From: Alphaproteobacteria bacterium
GTDB taxonomy: Bacteria; Pseudomonadota; Alphaproteobacteria; UBA11073
DNA length: 64,000 bases
Assembly (NCBI GenBank): GCA_965246945.1
Contig: CBDFFW010000001.1
Coordinates: 1,455,500-1,519,499 of the forward strand
Direction: 5' to 3'
In this document: positions 48,994 to 59,077 of the stretch, one piece after another
How the letters are laid out: each line of letters starts with the position of its first letter
Position numbering within the stretch: position 1 is the first letter of the stretch
Position numbers and translations under genes: made by a program
The notes under the pieces: model-generated
Seen by the model: only the letters and a program-made list of their open reading frames with translations
Databases searched by the model: none
Told to the model about the DNA's origin: nothing

Positions 48994-49866
48994 ATGGCTA
49001 AGGAAATTGATCCTGAGATCTTAGCACGGCGGGCCAAACGCGAAGCGCGGCGGGCTAAGCAGCGGGAAGATAATGTCAAACGGGCCGAAAAAATGCATGT
49101 TGCAAGGTTGGCTTATGCGCTAGAATTGCCATTAAAGGACAAGCCATTGCCAGAAATCAATATCGGCTGTTCGGGCTGGTATTATTGGCATTGGCATGGC
49201 AGTTTTTATCCAAGCAATTTACCCCGCAATCAATGGTTCGATCGTTATACCAAAGCATTCAAAACGGTTGAACTTAATGCGCCGTTTTATTCCTGGCCAA
49301 CCATTAACACCGTTAAAACCTGGCTGCGGCAAGCTGGCCGCAAAAACTTTGTTTACACGATTAAAGCCAATGAACTGATTACGCATACGCAAAAATTTGC
49401 AGGCACGGCTGAATTGGTGAAAGATTTTGGCTTGATTGCTGATATTCTGGGGCCGCGCATGGGTTGCTTTCTATTTCAACTGCCGCCCAGCTTTCATTAT
49501 GCGCCCGAACACTTAAAAAATATTTTAAGCCAGCTCGATCACACCCGCCGCAACGTGGTTGAATTCCGGCATAAATCTTGGTGGAATGAAGATGTTTATC
49601 AGGCATTTCGCCAAACCGGCACGATTTTCTGTTCGTGCAGCGGCCCGCGGCTGCCCGATGAATTAATTAAAACTGCAGATGATATTTATGTGCGTTTTCA
49701 TGGGATTACCCAATGGTACCGGCATAATTATTCCAAAGCGGAACTGGCGGTTTGGGCACAGCGAATTAAAGATAGCGGTGCCGAACGCGTTTGGGCTTAT
49801 TTCAATAACGACCGCGATGGTTATGCCATTAAAAATGCGCATGAGTTATTGCGGCAATTAAAATAG
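48994..49866 (+). CDS. DUF72 family protein
   Basis: IGCSGW, TVELNAPFY, FQLPPSF, VEFRH, YVRFHG, YFNND. Confidence 0.92.
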   Translation: MAKEIDPEILARRAKREARRAKQREDNVKRAEKMHVARLAYALELPLKDKPLPEINIGCSGWYYWHWHGSFYPSNLPRNQWFDRYTKAFKTVELNAPFYSWPTINTVKTWLRQAGRKNFVYTIKANELITHTQKFAGTAELVKDFGLIADILGPRMGCFLFQLPPSFHYAPEHLKNILSQLDHTRRNVVEFRHKSWWNEDVYQAFRQTGTIFCSCSGPRLPDELIKTADDIYVRFHGITQWYRHNYSKAELAVWAQRIKDSGAERVWAYFNNDRDGYAIKNAHELLRQLK

Positions 49867-49916
49867 CTGACAAAAACTTGTAAAAGCGTTTTATCATCCC
49901 TATACCATCTACATGG

Positions 49917-50327
49917 ATGGTTATGCAGTTAAAAGTGAAACAAATAGATAGCGAAAAAATTACGATCAATCTCGGCTATGTTGATTTAGGCCATATCGAT
50001 TTAATGGTGCAGGACGGTTTTTATGCCAATCGTACTGATTTCATTCGCACTGCCATTCGCAATCAATTGGACCGCTACGCTGAAATCCACAAACAAGCGG
50101 TCAGCCGTAAAAGTCTAGATTTAGGGCTGCGTTATTATAGCCGCCAAGATTTGGAAGCCGCACAAGCAGCCGGGCAAAAACTGCATATCAACGTTTTGGG
50201 TTTAGCCACCATTGCCCTGGATGTTTCGCCGGAATTAGCGGCCAGCACCATTGCCTCCATCACCGTGTTGGGCGCTTTACATGCTAGCCCTGCTGTGAAA
50301 GCGGCACTGACCGACCGGATTCAATAA
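49917..50327 (+). CDS. CopG/RHH-family transcriptional regulator
   Basis: EKITINLGYVDLGHIDL..GFYANRTDFIRTAIRNQL. Confidence 0.85.
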   Translation: MVMQLKVKQIDSEKITINLGYVDLGHIDLMVQDGFYANRTDFIRTAIRNQLDRYAEIHKQAVSRKSLDLGLRYYSRQDLEAAQAAGQKLHINVLGLATIALDVSPELAASTIASITVLGALHASPAVKAALTDRIQ

Positions 50328-50358
50328 CATCTTATAACCAATTTTTTGAAAGCAAATT

Positions 50359-51483
50359 ATGTTTCGTTCATCACTTCCCAATATGTCGCAGGCGTTTAAG
50401 CTAACCCGCAGCGGCCAGCTCTCAAAAGCAACGGCTGTTTTACTAGCGGCGCTGAGCACGCCGGCCATGGCGGGTGAGCCTGCCACTGCGTCAGCCAAAG
50501 ATAGTGGGCAAAGCGCCATTTATCAGGGCTGGTCCGATTTTATGAACAAGGCCCAAGCGCAAACAGAAGCGTTTAGCCAGGGTTTCCAGCCACAGAAAAA
50601 AACACCGGCGCGTGAAGATATTGTCCCCAATGGCGGTGCTTTTTTAGCTAAATCTTTCCGCAATGCCGCAGGCATGCGCCCCTATAAATTATATATTCCA
50701 AGTATAGCTACAAGTAAGTCGCGCCCGCTGATTATCATGCTGCATGGCTGCACGCAAAATGCGGATGATTTTGCCGCCGGCACACGTATGAACATACTGG
50801 CTGAGCAGCATAATTTTCTGGTGGCCTATCCAGAACAGATTGGCAGCGCCAATCCCAATAGTTGCTGGAATTGGTTTGCGCCTGAAAACCAGCAAGCTGG
50901 CCGCGGCGAGGCATCGTTGATTGCCGGTATCACCCAGCAAATTATGAAAGATTATGCGGTGGATACCAGCCGTGTTTATGTGGCCGGCTTATCAGCAGGC
51001 GGTGCGGCGGCAGCCATTATGGGCCAGACTTATCCCGATTTATATGCTGCCATCGGCGTGCATTCCGGTCTGCCCTGCGGAGCCGCGCGGGATTTGCCAT
51101 CTGCCATGGCGGCCATGAAGCAAGGCAATACAGCTACTAGCTGTCAAGCCAATACCCATATTGTGCCCACGATTGTTTTTCATGGCGTGGCCGATAAAAC
51201 CGTTAATCCCAATAACAGCGAAACCATTATCAAGCAGGCTGAAGCCAGTAACGGTGCGCAACTAAAAATGACGGAGCAGCCTGGCCAACGGCCTGGCGGC
51301 CGCGCCTACAACCGCAAAGTTTATACGGATGCCAATGGGCAAGTGCAGCTGGAACAATGGCTGATACAAGGTGCCGGCCATGCCTGGGCTGGTGGCAGCA
51401 AATCCGGCAGTTATACTGATCCGCAAGGGCCAGATGCCAGCCGCGAAATGGTGCGCTTTTTCTTGGCACACTCGCTTATTTAA
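50359..51483 (+). CDS. PHB depolymerase / LpqC-family esterase
   Basis: MLHGCTQ, CWNWF, GLSAGG nucleophile, GHAWAGG. Confidence 0.9.
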   Translation: MFRSSLPNMSQAFKLTRSGQLSKATAVLLAALSTPAMAGEPATASAKDSGQSAIYQGWSDFMNKAQAQTEAFSQGFQPQKKTPAREDIVPNGGAFLAKSFRNAAGMRPYKLYIPSIATSKSRPLIIMLHGCTQNADDFAAGTRMNILAEQHNFLVAYPEQIGSANPNSCWNWFAPENQQAGRGEASLIAGITQQIMKDYAVDTSRVYVAGLSAGGAAAAIMGQTYPDLYAAIGVHSGLPCGAARDLPSAMAAMKQGNTATSCQANTHIVPTIVFHGVADKTVNPNNSETIIKQAEASNGAQLKMTEQPGQRPGGRAYNRKVYTDANGQVQLEQWLIQGAGHAWAGGSKSGSYTDPQGPDASREMVRFFLAHSLI

Positions 51484-51985
51484 AGTCAGGTTTTTGCGGC
51501 GCGGTTCCATTCCAGGTTATGGGTGCGACCACCGAAATCGATGTCGCAGGCGAACCTTCGATCAAGCGCGTGGTGCGGGCGATATAAACCAAGCTGCCAT
51601 TTGCTTTATCATATAGCCGGTCAATTTGCAGGGTTTTAAAAATTAATGACCGGCTTTCGTCGAATACTTTTTCGCCGTCATCATCGCCATCAATTTTGGC
51701 CGAAAATGCGATGGGACCGGTTTGCACACAGGAAACCGCCGCCACCGATGGGTCTTCGGCGATGCCTAAACCACCTTTGATGCCACCAGTTTTCGGGCGC
51801 GCGACATAGCAGGTAACACCACTTATTTTCGGATCTTCAAACGCTACAACGGCAATTTTATGGTTGGGACCAATCAGCTTAAACGCTGTGCTGACAGCGC
51901 CAATATCGCGCGGCGATTCAGCATGAACTGGCAAGACCCATAAAAAACTCATCAAAGCCAAAAACGTAAAAGAAATAATTTTCAT
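51476..51985 (-). CDS. creA: CreA family protein
   Basis: Signal peptide, DPKISGVTCYV...GG..AEDPS..SC-x-QTGP, GSP. Confidence 0.9.
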   Translation of the reverse strand: MKIISFTFLALMSFLWVLPVHAESPRDIGAVSTAFKLIGPNHKIAVVAFEDPKISGVTCYVARPKTGGIKGGLGIAEDPSVAAVSCVQTGPIAFSAKIDGDDDGEKVFDESRSLIFKTLQIDRLYDKANGSLVYIARTTRLIEGSPATSISVVAPITWNGTAPQKPDFK

Positions 51986-52078
51986 GATTGTTATTTAAAA
52001 CACAAAACGGTTTACGAAGCTTAATAAATTTTTAGATATCCTAATAGATACTTTATATCTATAAAAGTACTAAACTTT

Positions 52079-52243
52079 ATGAGCATTATCGTTTTCGCAA
52101 TCATTGTTTTAATCGTGGCTGGCTTGCTGGCCAGTGCGGTACAGTATATGCCAGCCATACCAGGGCAATTTAAAAGCATGATTCTGGTGCTAATTTTAGT
52201 TTTAGCAGCCCTTGTGATTGCCCAGCACGCTGGTGTGTTCTAG
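52079..52243 (+). CDS. Small two-TM membrane protein (54 aa)
   Basis: Not in the ORF track. MSIIVFAIIVLIVAGLLASAVQYMPAIPGQFKSMILVLILVLAALVIAQHAGVF*. Stands out as more GC-rich than its AT-rich flanks. Confidence 0.7.
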   Translation: MSIIVFAIIVLIVAGLLASAVQYMPAIPGQFKSMILVLILVLAALVIAQHAGVF

Positions 52244-52396
52244 AATTTTATATAATATTCAAAAATCTAAATCGTTTTTATTCGGCTTTCAGTGTTGTAT
52301 TATTGTTGCCTGAAATTTTTGGAGAAATTGCAGTAAGCTAAAACAAAAATTACGGTCAATTAATGACAATAACCAAATTACTTGCTAAATAAATGT

Positions 52397-52867
52397 ATGT
52401 CTTCTTCTGTTCCCCAACGCCTAATTGAACTTGGCATTGAATTGCCGTTGCCAGCAGCGCCCGCTGCCGCCTATGTGCCATTTGCGCAGCATGGCGATTT
52501 GCTGTTTATGGCAGGGCAAATTCCGGTCGAAAATGGCGAGCGGAAATTTATTGGCAAGGTTGGCGCTGAATTTTCGATTGAACAAGGCCAGCAAGCGGCA
52601 CGCTTATGCAGTATCAATCTGCTGGCCCAATTGCAAATTGCCTTGAATGGTGATTGGGAGCGTTTTGCGCGTGTGGTGCGTTTGGGCGGATTTGTTAATT
52701 GCGCAGCAGATTTCGATCAGCAAGCACAGGTTATCAACGGCGCTTCGCAACTAATGATTGAAGTATTTGGCGAGACTGGTAAACACGCCCGCACAGCAGT
52801 CGGCACAAATGTGCTGCCTTTCAATGTCGCTGTCGAAGTCGAAGCGATTTTTGCGATTAAGGCTTAG
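52397..52867 (+). CDS. RidA/YjgF family protein
   Basis: AAYVP, GQIP, NGAS, GKHARTAVG...LP..VEVE. Confidence 0.9.
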   Translation: MSSSVPQRLIELGIELPLPAAPAAAYVPFAQHGDLLFMAGQIPVENGERKFIGKVGAEFSIEQGQQAARLCSINLLAQLQIALNGDWERFARVVRLGGFVNCAADFDQQAQVINGASQLMIEVFGETGKHARTAVGTNVLPFNVAVEVEAIFAIKA

Positions 52868-52910
52868 CTGTTATTCGACAATCAGGCGCTCAACATTTAT
52901 GTTAGCGTCT

Positions 52911-54278
52911 ATGCAATACACCTCTACCCGTGATCGTAATCACAAACAAAGTTTTGCGGAGATTGCGCTTGGTGGAATGGCGCCGGATGGGGGGTTGTAT
53001 GTTCCAACCAAATTACCGGAAAGCCTGGCCTTTAAACAGCGTACAGGTTGGCCAAAGGCTGATTATGCAATGCTGGCTACCCAAATCATTGCACCCTTTA
53101 TGGGCGATGCAGTGCCCTCGGCAACTTTAACGCAATTGATTAGCAATGCTTATGCAACTTTTAGTGATGCACGCATCACACCGTTGAAACAGTTGGATGA
53201 TCAGCTCACCATTTTGGAATTATTTCATGGCCCCAGCTTGGCTTTTAAAGATGTAGCAATGCAATTTCTCGGCCAGTTATTTGGCCATTCGCTAAGCACG
53301 CAAAATAAAGCAGTTACGATTGTCAGCGCCACATCTGGCGATACTGGCAGCGCAGCCGTGGCCGCTTTTGCCAATATTGCGAATGTAAAATTAATCGTGC
53401 TCTATCCGCACGAACGCATTAGTGATTTTCAACGCCGGCAAATGACCACCAGCGGTGCTGCTAATGTAGAAATCCTGGCTATTGAAGGCACGTTTGATGA
53501 CTGCCAACAAATTGTGAAAACGCTATTAAACGATGCAGAATTAAAAGCACAGCGTAACTTAGCCGCTATCAACTCCATTAACTGGTGCCGGATTATGGCA
53601 CAGATGGTTTATTATATTTATGTACTGCTGCAATATGAAACCCAGCAAACATTTGTGGTGCCAACGGGAAATTTCGGCAATGCCTATGCCGCCCATCTGG
53701 TGCGCCGGCTAAACTGGCCGATTGACCAAATTGTGATTGGCAATAATGCCAATGATGCGATTACGCAGCTGGTGCAAACTGGCAAATTGCAGCGCGGCAA
53801 GGTCACCCCCACCATTAGCAACGCCATCGATATTCAGATCCCCAGCAACTTGGAACGCTATTTATGGGAATTATTTGCGCAAGATAGTAGTCAATTAACA
53901 GAATGGCTTGATGGTTTTAATCAGACGGGCGAAGCCAATTTAAGCAGTGAGCAGCATATTCAATTGCGTGAACATTTTTTAGCCGCGGCCATTACTGATG
54001 CGGAAACCCGCGCGACAATGCGCGATATTCACGCACGCTTTGGTTATATTATCGATCCACACACCGCGGTGGGGATTGCCGCCGCCAACAAAACGCTGCC
54101 GCCCGAACAGCCACGCATTGCGCTGGCCTGCGCTGCACCGCAAAAATTTCAGGCAACGGTTGAAGCCAGCCTTGGCCAACCATTGGCTTTCCAAGATCCC
54201 CTGACTGGTAAAAAAGAGGCATTTACGGTATTGCCTGTGGATCTGGCAAAAATCCGAACCACAATTGCCGCCTTTTAA
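52911..54278 (+). CDS. thrC: Threonine synthase
   Basis: YTSTR, APDGGLYVP, FHGPSLAFKD, ATSGDTG, VPTGNFGN. Confidence 0.96.
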   Translation: MQYTSTRDRNHKQSFAEIALGGMAPDGGLYVPTKLPESLAFKQRTGWPKADYAMLATQIIAPFMGDAVPSATLTQLISNAYATFSDARITPLKQLDDQLTILELFHGPSLAFKDVAMQFLGQLFGHSLSTQNKAVTIVSATSGDTGSAAVAAFANIANVKLIVLYPHERISDFQRRQMTTSGAANVEILAIEGTFDDCQQIVKTLLNDAELKAQRNLAAINSINWCRIMAQMVYYIYVLLQYETQQTFVVPTGNFGNAYAAHLVRRLNWPIDQIVIGNNANDAITQLVQTGKLQRGKVTPTISNAIDIQIPSNLERYLWELFAQDSSQLTEWLDGFNQTGEANLSSEQHIQLREHFLAAAITDAETRATMRDIHARFGYIIDPHTAVGIAAANKTLPPEQPRIALACAAPQKFQATVEASLGQPLAFQDPLTGKKEAFTVLPVDLAKIRTTIAAF

Positions 54279-54326
54279 TTGGCAAACCGCGCAACCCATG
54301 CCAATATCGACGGCAGAGAATAGACG

Positions 54327-55592
54327 ATGCCGATTGATATTTTGATGCCCGCCCTATCGCCGACCATGACCGAAGGCAAATTAGCCAAATGGCATGTAGC
54401 AGTCGGCGATGCGGTTAAATCCGGTATGGTAGTGGCGGAAATCGAAACCGATAAAGCCACCATGGAAGTGGAAGCGATTGATGAAGGCACGGTCGGCGCG
54501 ATTTTAGTGGCCGAGGGCACTGAAGGCGTGGCTGTTAACAGTATCATCGCCCAATTGCTGGAAGCGGGCGAAGGCAAGGATGCACTAGGCGCAGCCCTTA
54601 AACCCACTACAGCATTGGCTGTTAACAGCGCACCGGTAGAAACCAAAACGCCGATTGCCACAGCACCAGTTGCAACAAATATCATAGCGCCAGCCACTAA
54701 CAGTAAAGGTCGTGTATTCGCGTCGCCGTTGGCCAAGCGCATTGCCAAGCAAAAAGGTGTGGATTTAGCCCAAATCAAAGGCACAGGTCCGCATGGCCGG
54801 ATTGTCCGCAAGGATGTAGAGAATGCACCTGTAGGCGGCAAAGCAATGGTATCTGCTGCCCTGCCCACCAGCAGCATCAATGCGCGTGCTTTGGCCGATG
54901 CGTATAAAATGCCATATACAGCGGAGGCGAACAGTCCGATTCGCAAGGTAATTGCCAAGCGTTTGACTGAATCTAAACAAACCATTCCGCATTTTTATTT
55001 AACGGTGGATTGCCAGATCGATGCCCTGCTTGCGTTGCGGGCACAGTTTAACGAAGCGCAACCGGTTAAAGTTTCGGTGAATGATTTGGTCATTAAAGCC
55101 TGTGCACTCGCGCTGCAGCAAATTCCGGCCGCCAATGCTGCGTGGACGGATGAGGCCATTTTGAAGTTCAAACACAGCGATATTTCGGTAGCCGTGGCCA
55201 CACCTAATGGTTTGATCACCCCGATAATCAAGCAAGCGGAATCAAAAAATTTGGCCGCAATCAGTACTGAGATGAAAGATCTCGCCGCCCGTGCGCGGGA
55301 TAATAAATTAAAACCCGAAGAATTTACCGGTGGTACCTTTACAATATCAAATCTCGGTATGTTCGGCATTAAAGATTTCGGGGCGATTATTAACCCGCCG
55401 CAAGCATGTATTTTAGCCGTGGGCGCGGGCGAAAAACGCCCAGTGGTAATTGATGATCAAATTAAAATTGCAACGGTGATGAGCTGCACCCTATCGGTTG
55501 ACCACCGCGTGGTCGATGGTGCTGTGGGTGCAGAATTTATTAGTGCGTTTAAGGCTTTAATTGAGAAGCCCCTTAAATTGATATTATCCTAG
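54327..55592 (+). CDS. pdhC: Pyruvate dehydrogenase E2 (dihydrolipoamide acetyltransferase)
   Basis: MPALSPTMTEG, ETDKAT, ASPLAKR, DHRVVDGA. Confidence 0.95.
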   Translation: MPIDILMPALSPTMTEGKLAKWHVAVGDAVKSGMVVAEIETDKATMEVEAIDEGTVGAILVAEGTEGVAVNSIIAQLLEAGEGKDALGAALKPTTALAVNSAPVETKTPIATAPVATNIIAPATNSKGRVFASPLAKRIAKQKGVDLAQIKGTGPHGRIVRKDVENAPVGGKAMVSAALPTSSINARALADAYKMPYTAEANSPIRKVIAKRLTESKQTIPHFYLTVDCQIDALLALRAQFNEAQPVKVSVNDLVIKACALALQQIPAANAAWTDEAILKFKHSDISVAVATPNGLITPIIKQAESKNLAAISTEMKDLAARARDNKLKPEEFTGGTFTISNLGMFGIKDFGAIINPPQACILAVGAGEKRPVVIDDQIKIATVMSCTLSVDHRVVDGAVGAEFISAFKALIEKPLKLILS

Positions 55593-55594
55593 AC

Positions 55595-55683
55595 CGTCAT
55601 GCCAGCGGAAGCTGGCAACGAGCCCGACAGTTAAATAGTTAGCTTTAATGCAAGCTTGGATCCCAGCTTACGCTGGGATGACG
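55595..55683. repeat. Palindromic REP/RPE-like element
   Basis: CGTCATGCCAGCGGAAGCTGGCA ... TGGATCCCAGCTTACGCTGGGATGACG. Inverted arms, each containing its own hairpin. Confidence 0.75.
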
Positions 55684-55704
55684 CTGGATTAATTTTTCAC
55701 TAAT

Positions 55705-56175
55705 CTAATTAAGATATTCCATAATTGAAGCAACAAGCTGATCATACTCAGCTTCACTTGCTAATTGTTGATAAGGCATTTCTCCAGTCGCTGGCGGGCA
55801 AAATGGATTAAACCGCCAGCGTGGATCTGTTTTATATCGGGGGAAAATATGGCAGTGCAGATGGGGAACTAAATTACCCAAGGACGCATAATTCATATGG
55901 TCTGGCTTAACCGCATGGGAAATTGCCTGCATCGCTTGCCGCAGATCTTCAGTAAAACTTTTATACTCCGCATCAGATAATTGATCCATACCGGTGACAT
56001 GGCGCTGGTTAAACACCAAAACACAATAACCGCGATAAACCTGATTACGGTCTAAAAACAATGTTGAAACAGTCAGATCTTTTACCTTAACCGAAAATTC
56101 GTTTTTAGCTGCGCGTGGCTGGCAAAGTTGGCAGCCTTTCCCAGCCACCAGGTCATCCCATGAATTTTCCAACAT
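55705..56175 (-). CDS. HIT family hydrolase
   Basis: C-x-x-C and GN-x-VPHLHCHIFPR. Confidence 0.9.
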   Translation of the reverse strand: MLENSWDDLVAGKGCQLCQPRAAKNEFSVKVKDLTVSTLFLDRNQVYRGYCVLVFNQRHVTGMDQLSDAEYKSFTEDLRQAMQAISHAVKPDHMNYASLGNLVPHLHCHIFPRYKTDPRWRFNPFCPPATGEMPYQQLASEAEYDQLVASIMEYLN

Positions 56176-56177
56176 GC

Positions 56178-56849
56178 CTATTTATTGGCTTGTAAATGCC
56201 CGTTATGCAAATATAGTATGCGGTCCATTTGCGCGGCAAGTTGCGGATTATGCGTGGCGATTAATGCTGCCAAACCTTCTTGTTTAGCCAGTTGCAACAG
56301 TAATTGAAAAATTCCCGCCGCCGTGCCTTCATCCAGATTGCCGGTGGGTTCATCCGCCAATAATAATTTGGGCCGATTGGCCAGCGCCCGCGCAATGGCC
56401 ACACGTTGTTGTTCGCCGCCGGATAACTGGCCAGGGCGATGACCGGCCCGTGCTGCTAAGCCAACTTGTTCAAGTAATGCCAGCGCGCGTGTTTTAGCAG
56501 CAGCTGCTGTAACGCCCAGCAAACGTTGCGGCAGTACAATATTTTCCAAGGCGCTAAAATCCGGCAAGAGATGATGAAATTGATACACAAACCCTACGGT
56601 TTGCCCGCGCAGTTGGGTGCGGGCCGCTTCACTTAACTTATCAATGTTTTGCCCATTAATGGTTACCTGTCCGCTGCTGGGCACGTCCAATAAACCGGCG
56701 ATTTGCAGCAAGGTCGATTTACCACTACCGGATGCGCCAACTAACGCCACCAGCTCGCCCGCCTGCAATTGCAGATCAATGCCTTGCAGTACCGGCAAAT
56801 CCGCTTCCGCCTGCCGATACATTTTATTAATTTGGGAAAGCGTAAGCAT
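56178..56849 (-). CDS. lolD: Lipoprotein-releasing ABC ATPase
   Basis: [36 protein letters not shown]. Confidence 0.93.
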   Translation of the reverse strand: MLTLSQINKMYRQAEADLPVLQGIDLQLQAGELVALVGASGSGKSTLLQIAGLLDVPSSGQVTINGQNIDKLSEAARTQLRGQTVGFVYQFHHLLPDFSALENIVLPQRLLGVTAAAAKTRALALLEQVGLAARAGHRPGQLSGGEQQRVAIARALANRPKLLLADEPTGNLDEGTAAGIFQLLLQLAKQEGLAALIATHNPQLAAQMDRILYLHNGHLQANK

Positions 56850-56850
56850 T

Positions 56851-58092
56851 TTAATTCTGTCTCAAAATATCAATCGGTTGCAGTTTGGAGGCGCGCCAGG
56901 CGGGATAGAAAGTTGCCCCGAAAGTCAGCGTTAATGCGATGCTGACCACCACCCATACTTCGCGCCAATCCAGTTTGGCTGGCAGTTTGGATAGAAAATA
57001 AATTTCTGGTGAGAATAAATCCGTGCCCGTTAGATGCTGCAAGCCCTGGCGAATGCTTTCGATATTCAAAGCAAAGCCAACCCCCAGTAATAACCCGCTG
57101 AGCGTGCCAATAATTCCCAATGTCGCACCCATCATGAAAAACACGCGCAGGATATTGCCACTGCCCGCGCCCATAGTGCGTAAAATGGCGATATCACGGT
57201 TTTTATCACGCACCAGCATGATCAGGCCGGAGATAATGTTGAAGGCAGCCACTATGACAATCAACGTTAAGATAATAAACATCACATTGCGTTCCACCTG
57301 AATGGCGTTGAAGTAGCTGGCATTGCTATCTTGCCAATCTGAAACGCGGTTGCCGCCACCGGCAATTTGGGTAATCGCTTTTTTTTGCGCCTGTAGATGC
57401 TGCGGGTCGCGCGTGATAATTTCAATGGTATTAACAGTGCCATCAAAATTGAAAAAGGCCTGGGCGGCGCGCAACGGCATAAAAATAAAACTGCTATCAT
57501 ATTCGAACATGCCGACATCAAAAATTCCGGCAATGGTATACGCCTTGGCGCGCGGCATACTGCCGAATGGTGTGCTGTTCATGACTGGCGAAAGCAGCGT
57601 GATTTTATCACCTGGCCGGACATTCAACCCTTCGGCCATTCGGCGGCCAATTAACACATTATCGCTGAGCAATTCCGGCACCGTACCTTCGACGATTTTT
57701 TGGGAGATAATCGGTTTACGCGCTAAATCCAGCGGGGCAATCCCACGCACCATCGCCCCCCGCGCTTGCCCATTATAGGTGAGCAGCGCCTGCCCTTCGA
57801 CCTCCGGAAACGCTGCCACTACCCCATCCACCTGGCCGATTTTTTCGGTAAGTGCGCCATAACTTTTAATTGGGGCCAGCATGCCATAAACATTCATATG
57901 GCCGTTGAGGCCCAAAATCCGGCCCAGCAACTCTTCCCGAAAACCGTTCATGACCGATAACACAATAATGAGTGTGGCGACACCCAAAGCGATACCCAGC
58001 AGCGAAAACAAGCTTATTACCGAAATAAACCCTTCAGATTTGCGCGCCCGCAAATAACGTTGTGCAATGAACCATTCGGTCGCTAAATTCAT
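56851..58092 (-). CDS. lolE: Lipoprotein-releasing ABC permease (LolC/E)
   Basis: RYLRA..FISVI, SVMNGF, AFNIISGLIMLV-x-DK..IAILRTMG. Confidence 0.92.
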   Translation of the reverse strand: MNLATEWFIAQRYLRARKSEGFISVISLFSLLGIALGVATLIIVLSVMNGFREELLGRILGLNGHMNVYGMLAPIKSYGALTEKIGQVDGVVAAFPEVEGQALLTYNGQARGAMVRGIAPLDLARKPIISQKIVEGTVPELLSDNVLIGRRMAEGLNVRPGDKITLLSPVMNSTPFGSMPRAKAYTIAGIFDVGMFEYDSSFIFMPLRAAQAFFNFDGTVNTIEIITRDPQHLQAQKKAITQIAGGGNRVSDWQDSNASYFNAIQVERNVMFIILTLIVIVAAFNIISGLIMLVRDKNRDIAILRTMGAGSGNILRVFFMMGATLGIIGTLSGLLLGVGFALNIESIRQGLQHLTGTDLFSPEIYFLSKLPAKLDWREVWVVVSIALTLTFGATFYPAWRASKLQPIDILRQN

Positions 58093-58177
58093 GAAATATT
58101 TGTTACACGTTATTATTTTGCGGCCCAAGCATTAAATGAAACTATTAGTTAAGTAATGAAATGTATATTATGAGAGC

Positions 58178-59026
58178 ATGAAAAAAACTGCCACAACCCG
58201 TCGTCAATTTATTGGCCATGCTGCTAAATTTTTATTTGCAGCACCAGCTTTGGGTGCAGGTAGAGCACCCGTACAACAAAATAAAACTACAATTATTTCT
58301 ATTCCTCAAGAAGTGCAGCTGGGCAGAGAAGCCGCTGCCCAGATCAGGGCGCAAAGTAAAATTATTACTTCCGGTCCTGAATATGAACGTTTAGCACGGG
58401 TTAGAAAGCAGCTTTTGCCAACATTGAAAGCACAATACAAAACAGAAAATGATGTGGATATTGATTTCAATATTACGCTAATTGACTCAAAAGAGGTTAA
58501 TGCTTTTGCCCTGCCAAGTGGTGATCTTTTCGTTTATACTGGTTTAGTAAAATCGACGAAAAATGATGCCGAACTCGCTGGTGTTTTAGGTCATGAGGGA
58601 ACCCATACTGTCAGACGACATTTCGCAAAATTGATTGATAAGCAACAGAAGATGAATACTATTGCTAGCATTATTTTAGGTGTAACCAAAGCCAATAATA
58701 GCCAGGTATTGGCGACCCAAGTTGGTTTATTGCTGCAACAACTTAATTATTCACGTGATATGGAAAGCGAAGCGGATCGCCAAGGTCAAGCCAATATGTT
58801 AGCTGTTGGGTACAATCCAAAAGCCATGGCTGATTTTTTTGAAACCATGAAAAAAAATAGCAATGATAAAGGTCCTACTTGGTTATCTAACCACCCAGGG
58901 CTTGATCAGCGCATTAAAGAGGCCCGCCAATGGGCAGCAGCAAACACAATATCGGTCGAAGACCCATTTGGCCAATCCGCGCCAACATCCGCGCCAACCC
59001 CTAAACAAATTTTTGGTGTTCCTTAA
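58178..59026 (+). CDS. M48 zinc metalloprotease with twin-arginine signal
   Basis: TTRRQFIG, VNAFALPSG, GHEGTH, YSRDMESEAD, LSNHP. Confidence 0.88.
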   Translation: MKKTATTRRQFIGHAAKFLFAAPALGAGRAPVQQNKTTIISIPQEVQLGREAAAQIRAQSKIITSGPEYERLARVRKQLLPTLKAQYKTENDVDIDFNITLIDSKEVNAFALPSGDLFVYTGLVKSTKNDAELAGVLGHEGTHTVRRHFAKLIDKQQKMNTIASIILGVTKANNSQVLATQVGLLLQQLNYSRDMESEADRQGQANMLAVGYNPKAMADFFETMKKNSNDKGPTWLSNHPGLDQRIKEARQWAAANTISVEDPFGQSAPTSAPTPKQIFGVP

Positions 59027-59077
59027 TAAATTCGCAAGTTGCTTGCTCCGCCTGCCAAGTCATGCTGAATTAAGGGC

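Noticed and set aside
19500-52035. One-mismatch CtrA boxes at 19500, 40441, 41491 and 52021
   Set aside because: Expected by chance in AT-rich intergenic DNA. No perfect TTAA-N7-TTAA was noticed.
39350-59026. The two M48 genes as direct repeats bounding an insertion between pheS and pheT
   Set aside because: They share only family motifs, and the interval is full of core genes rather than island cargo.
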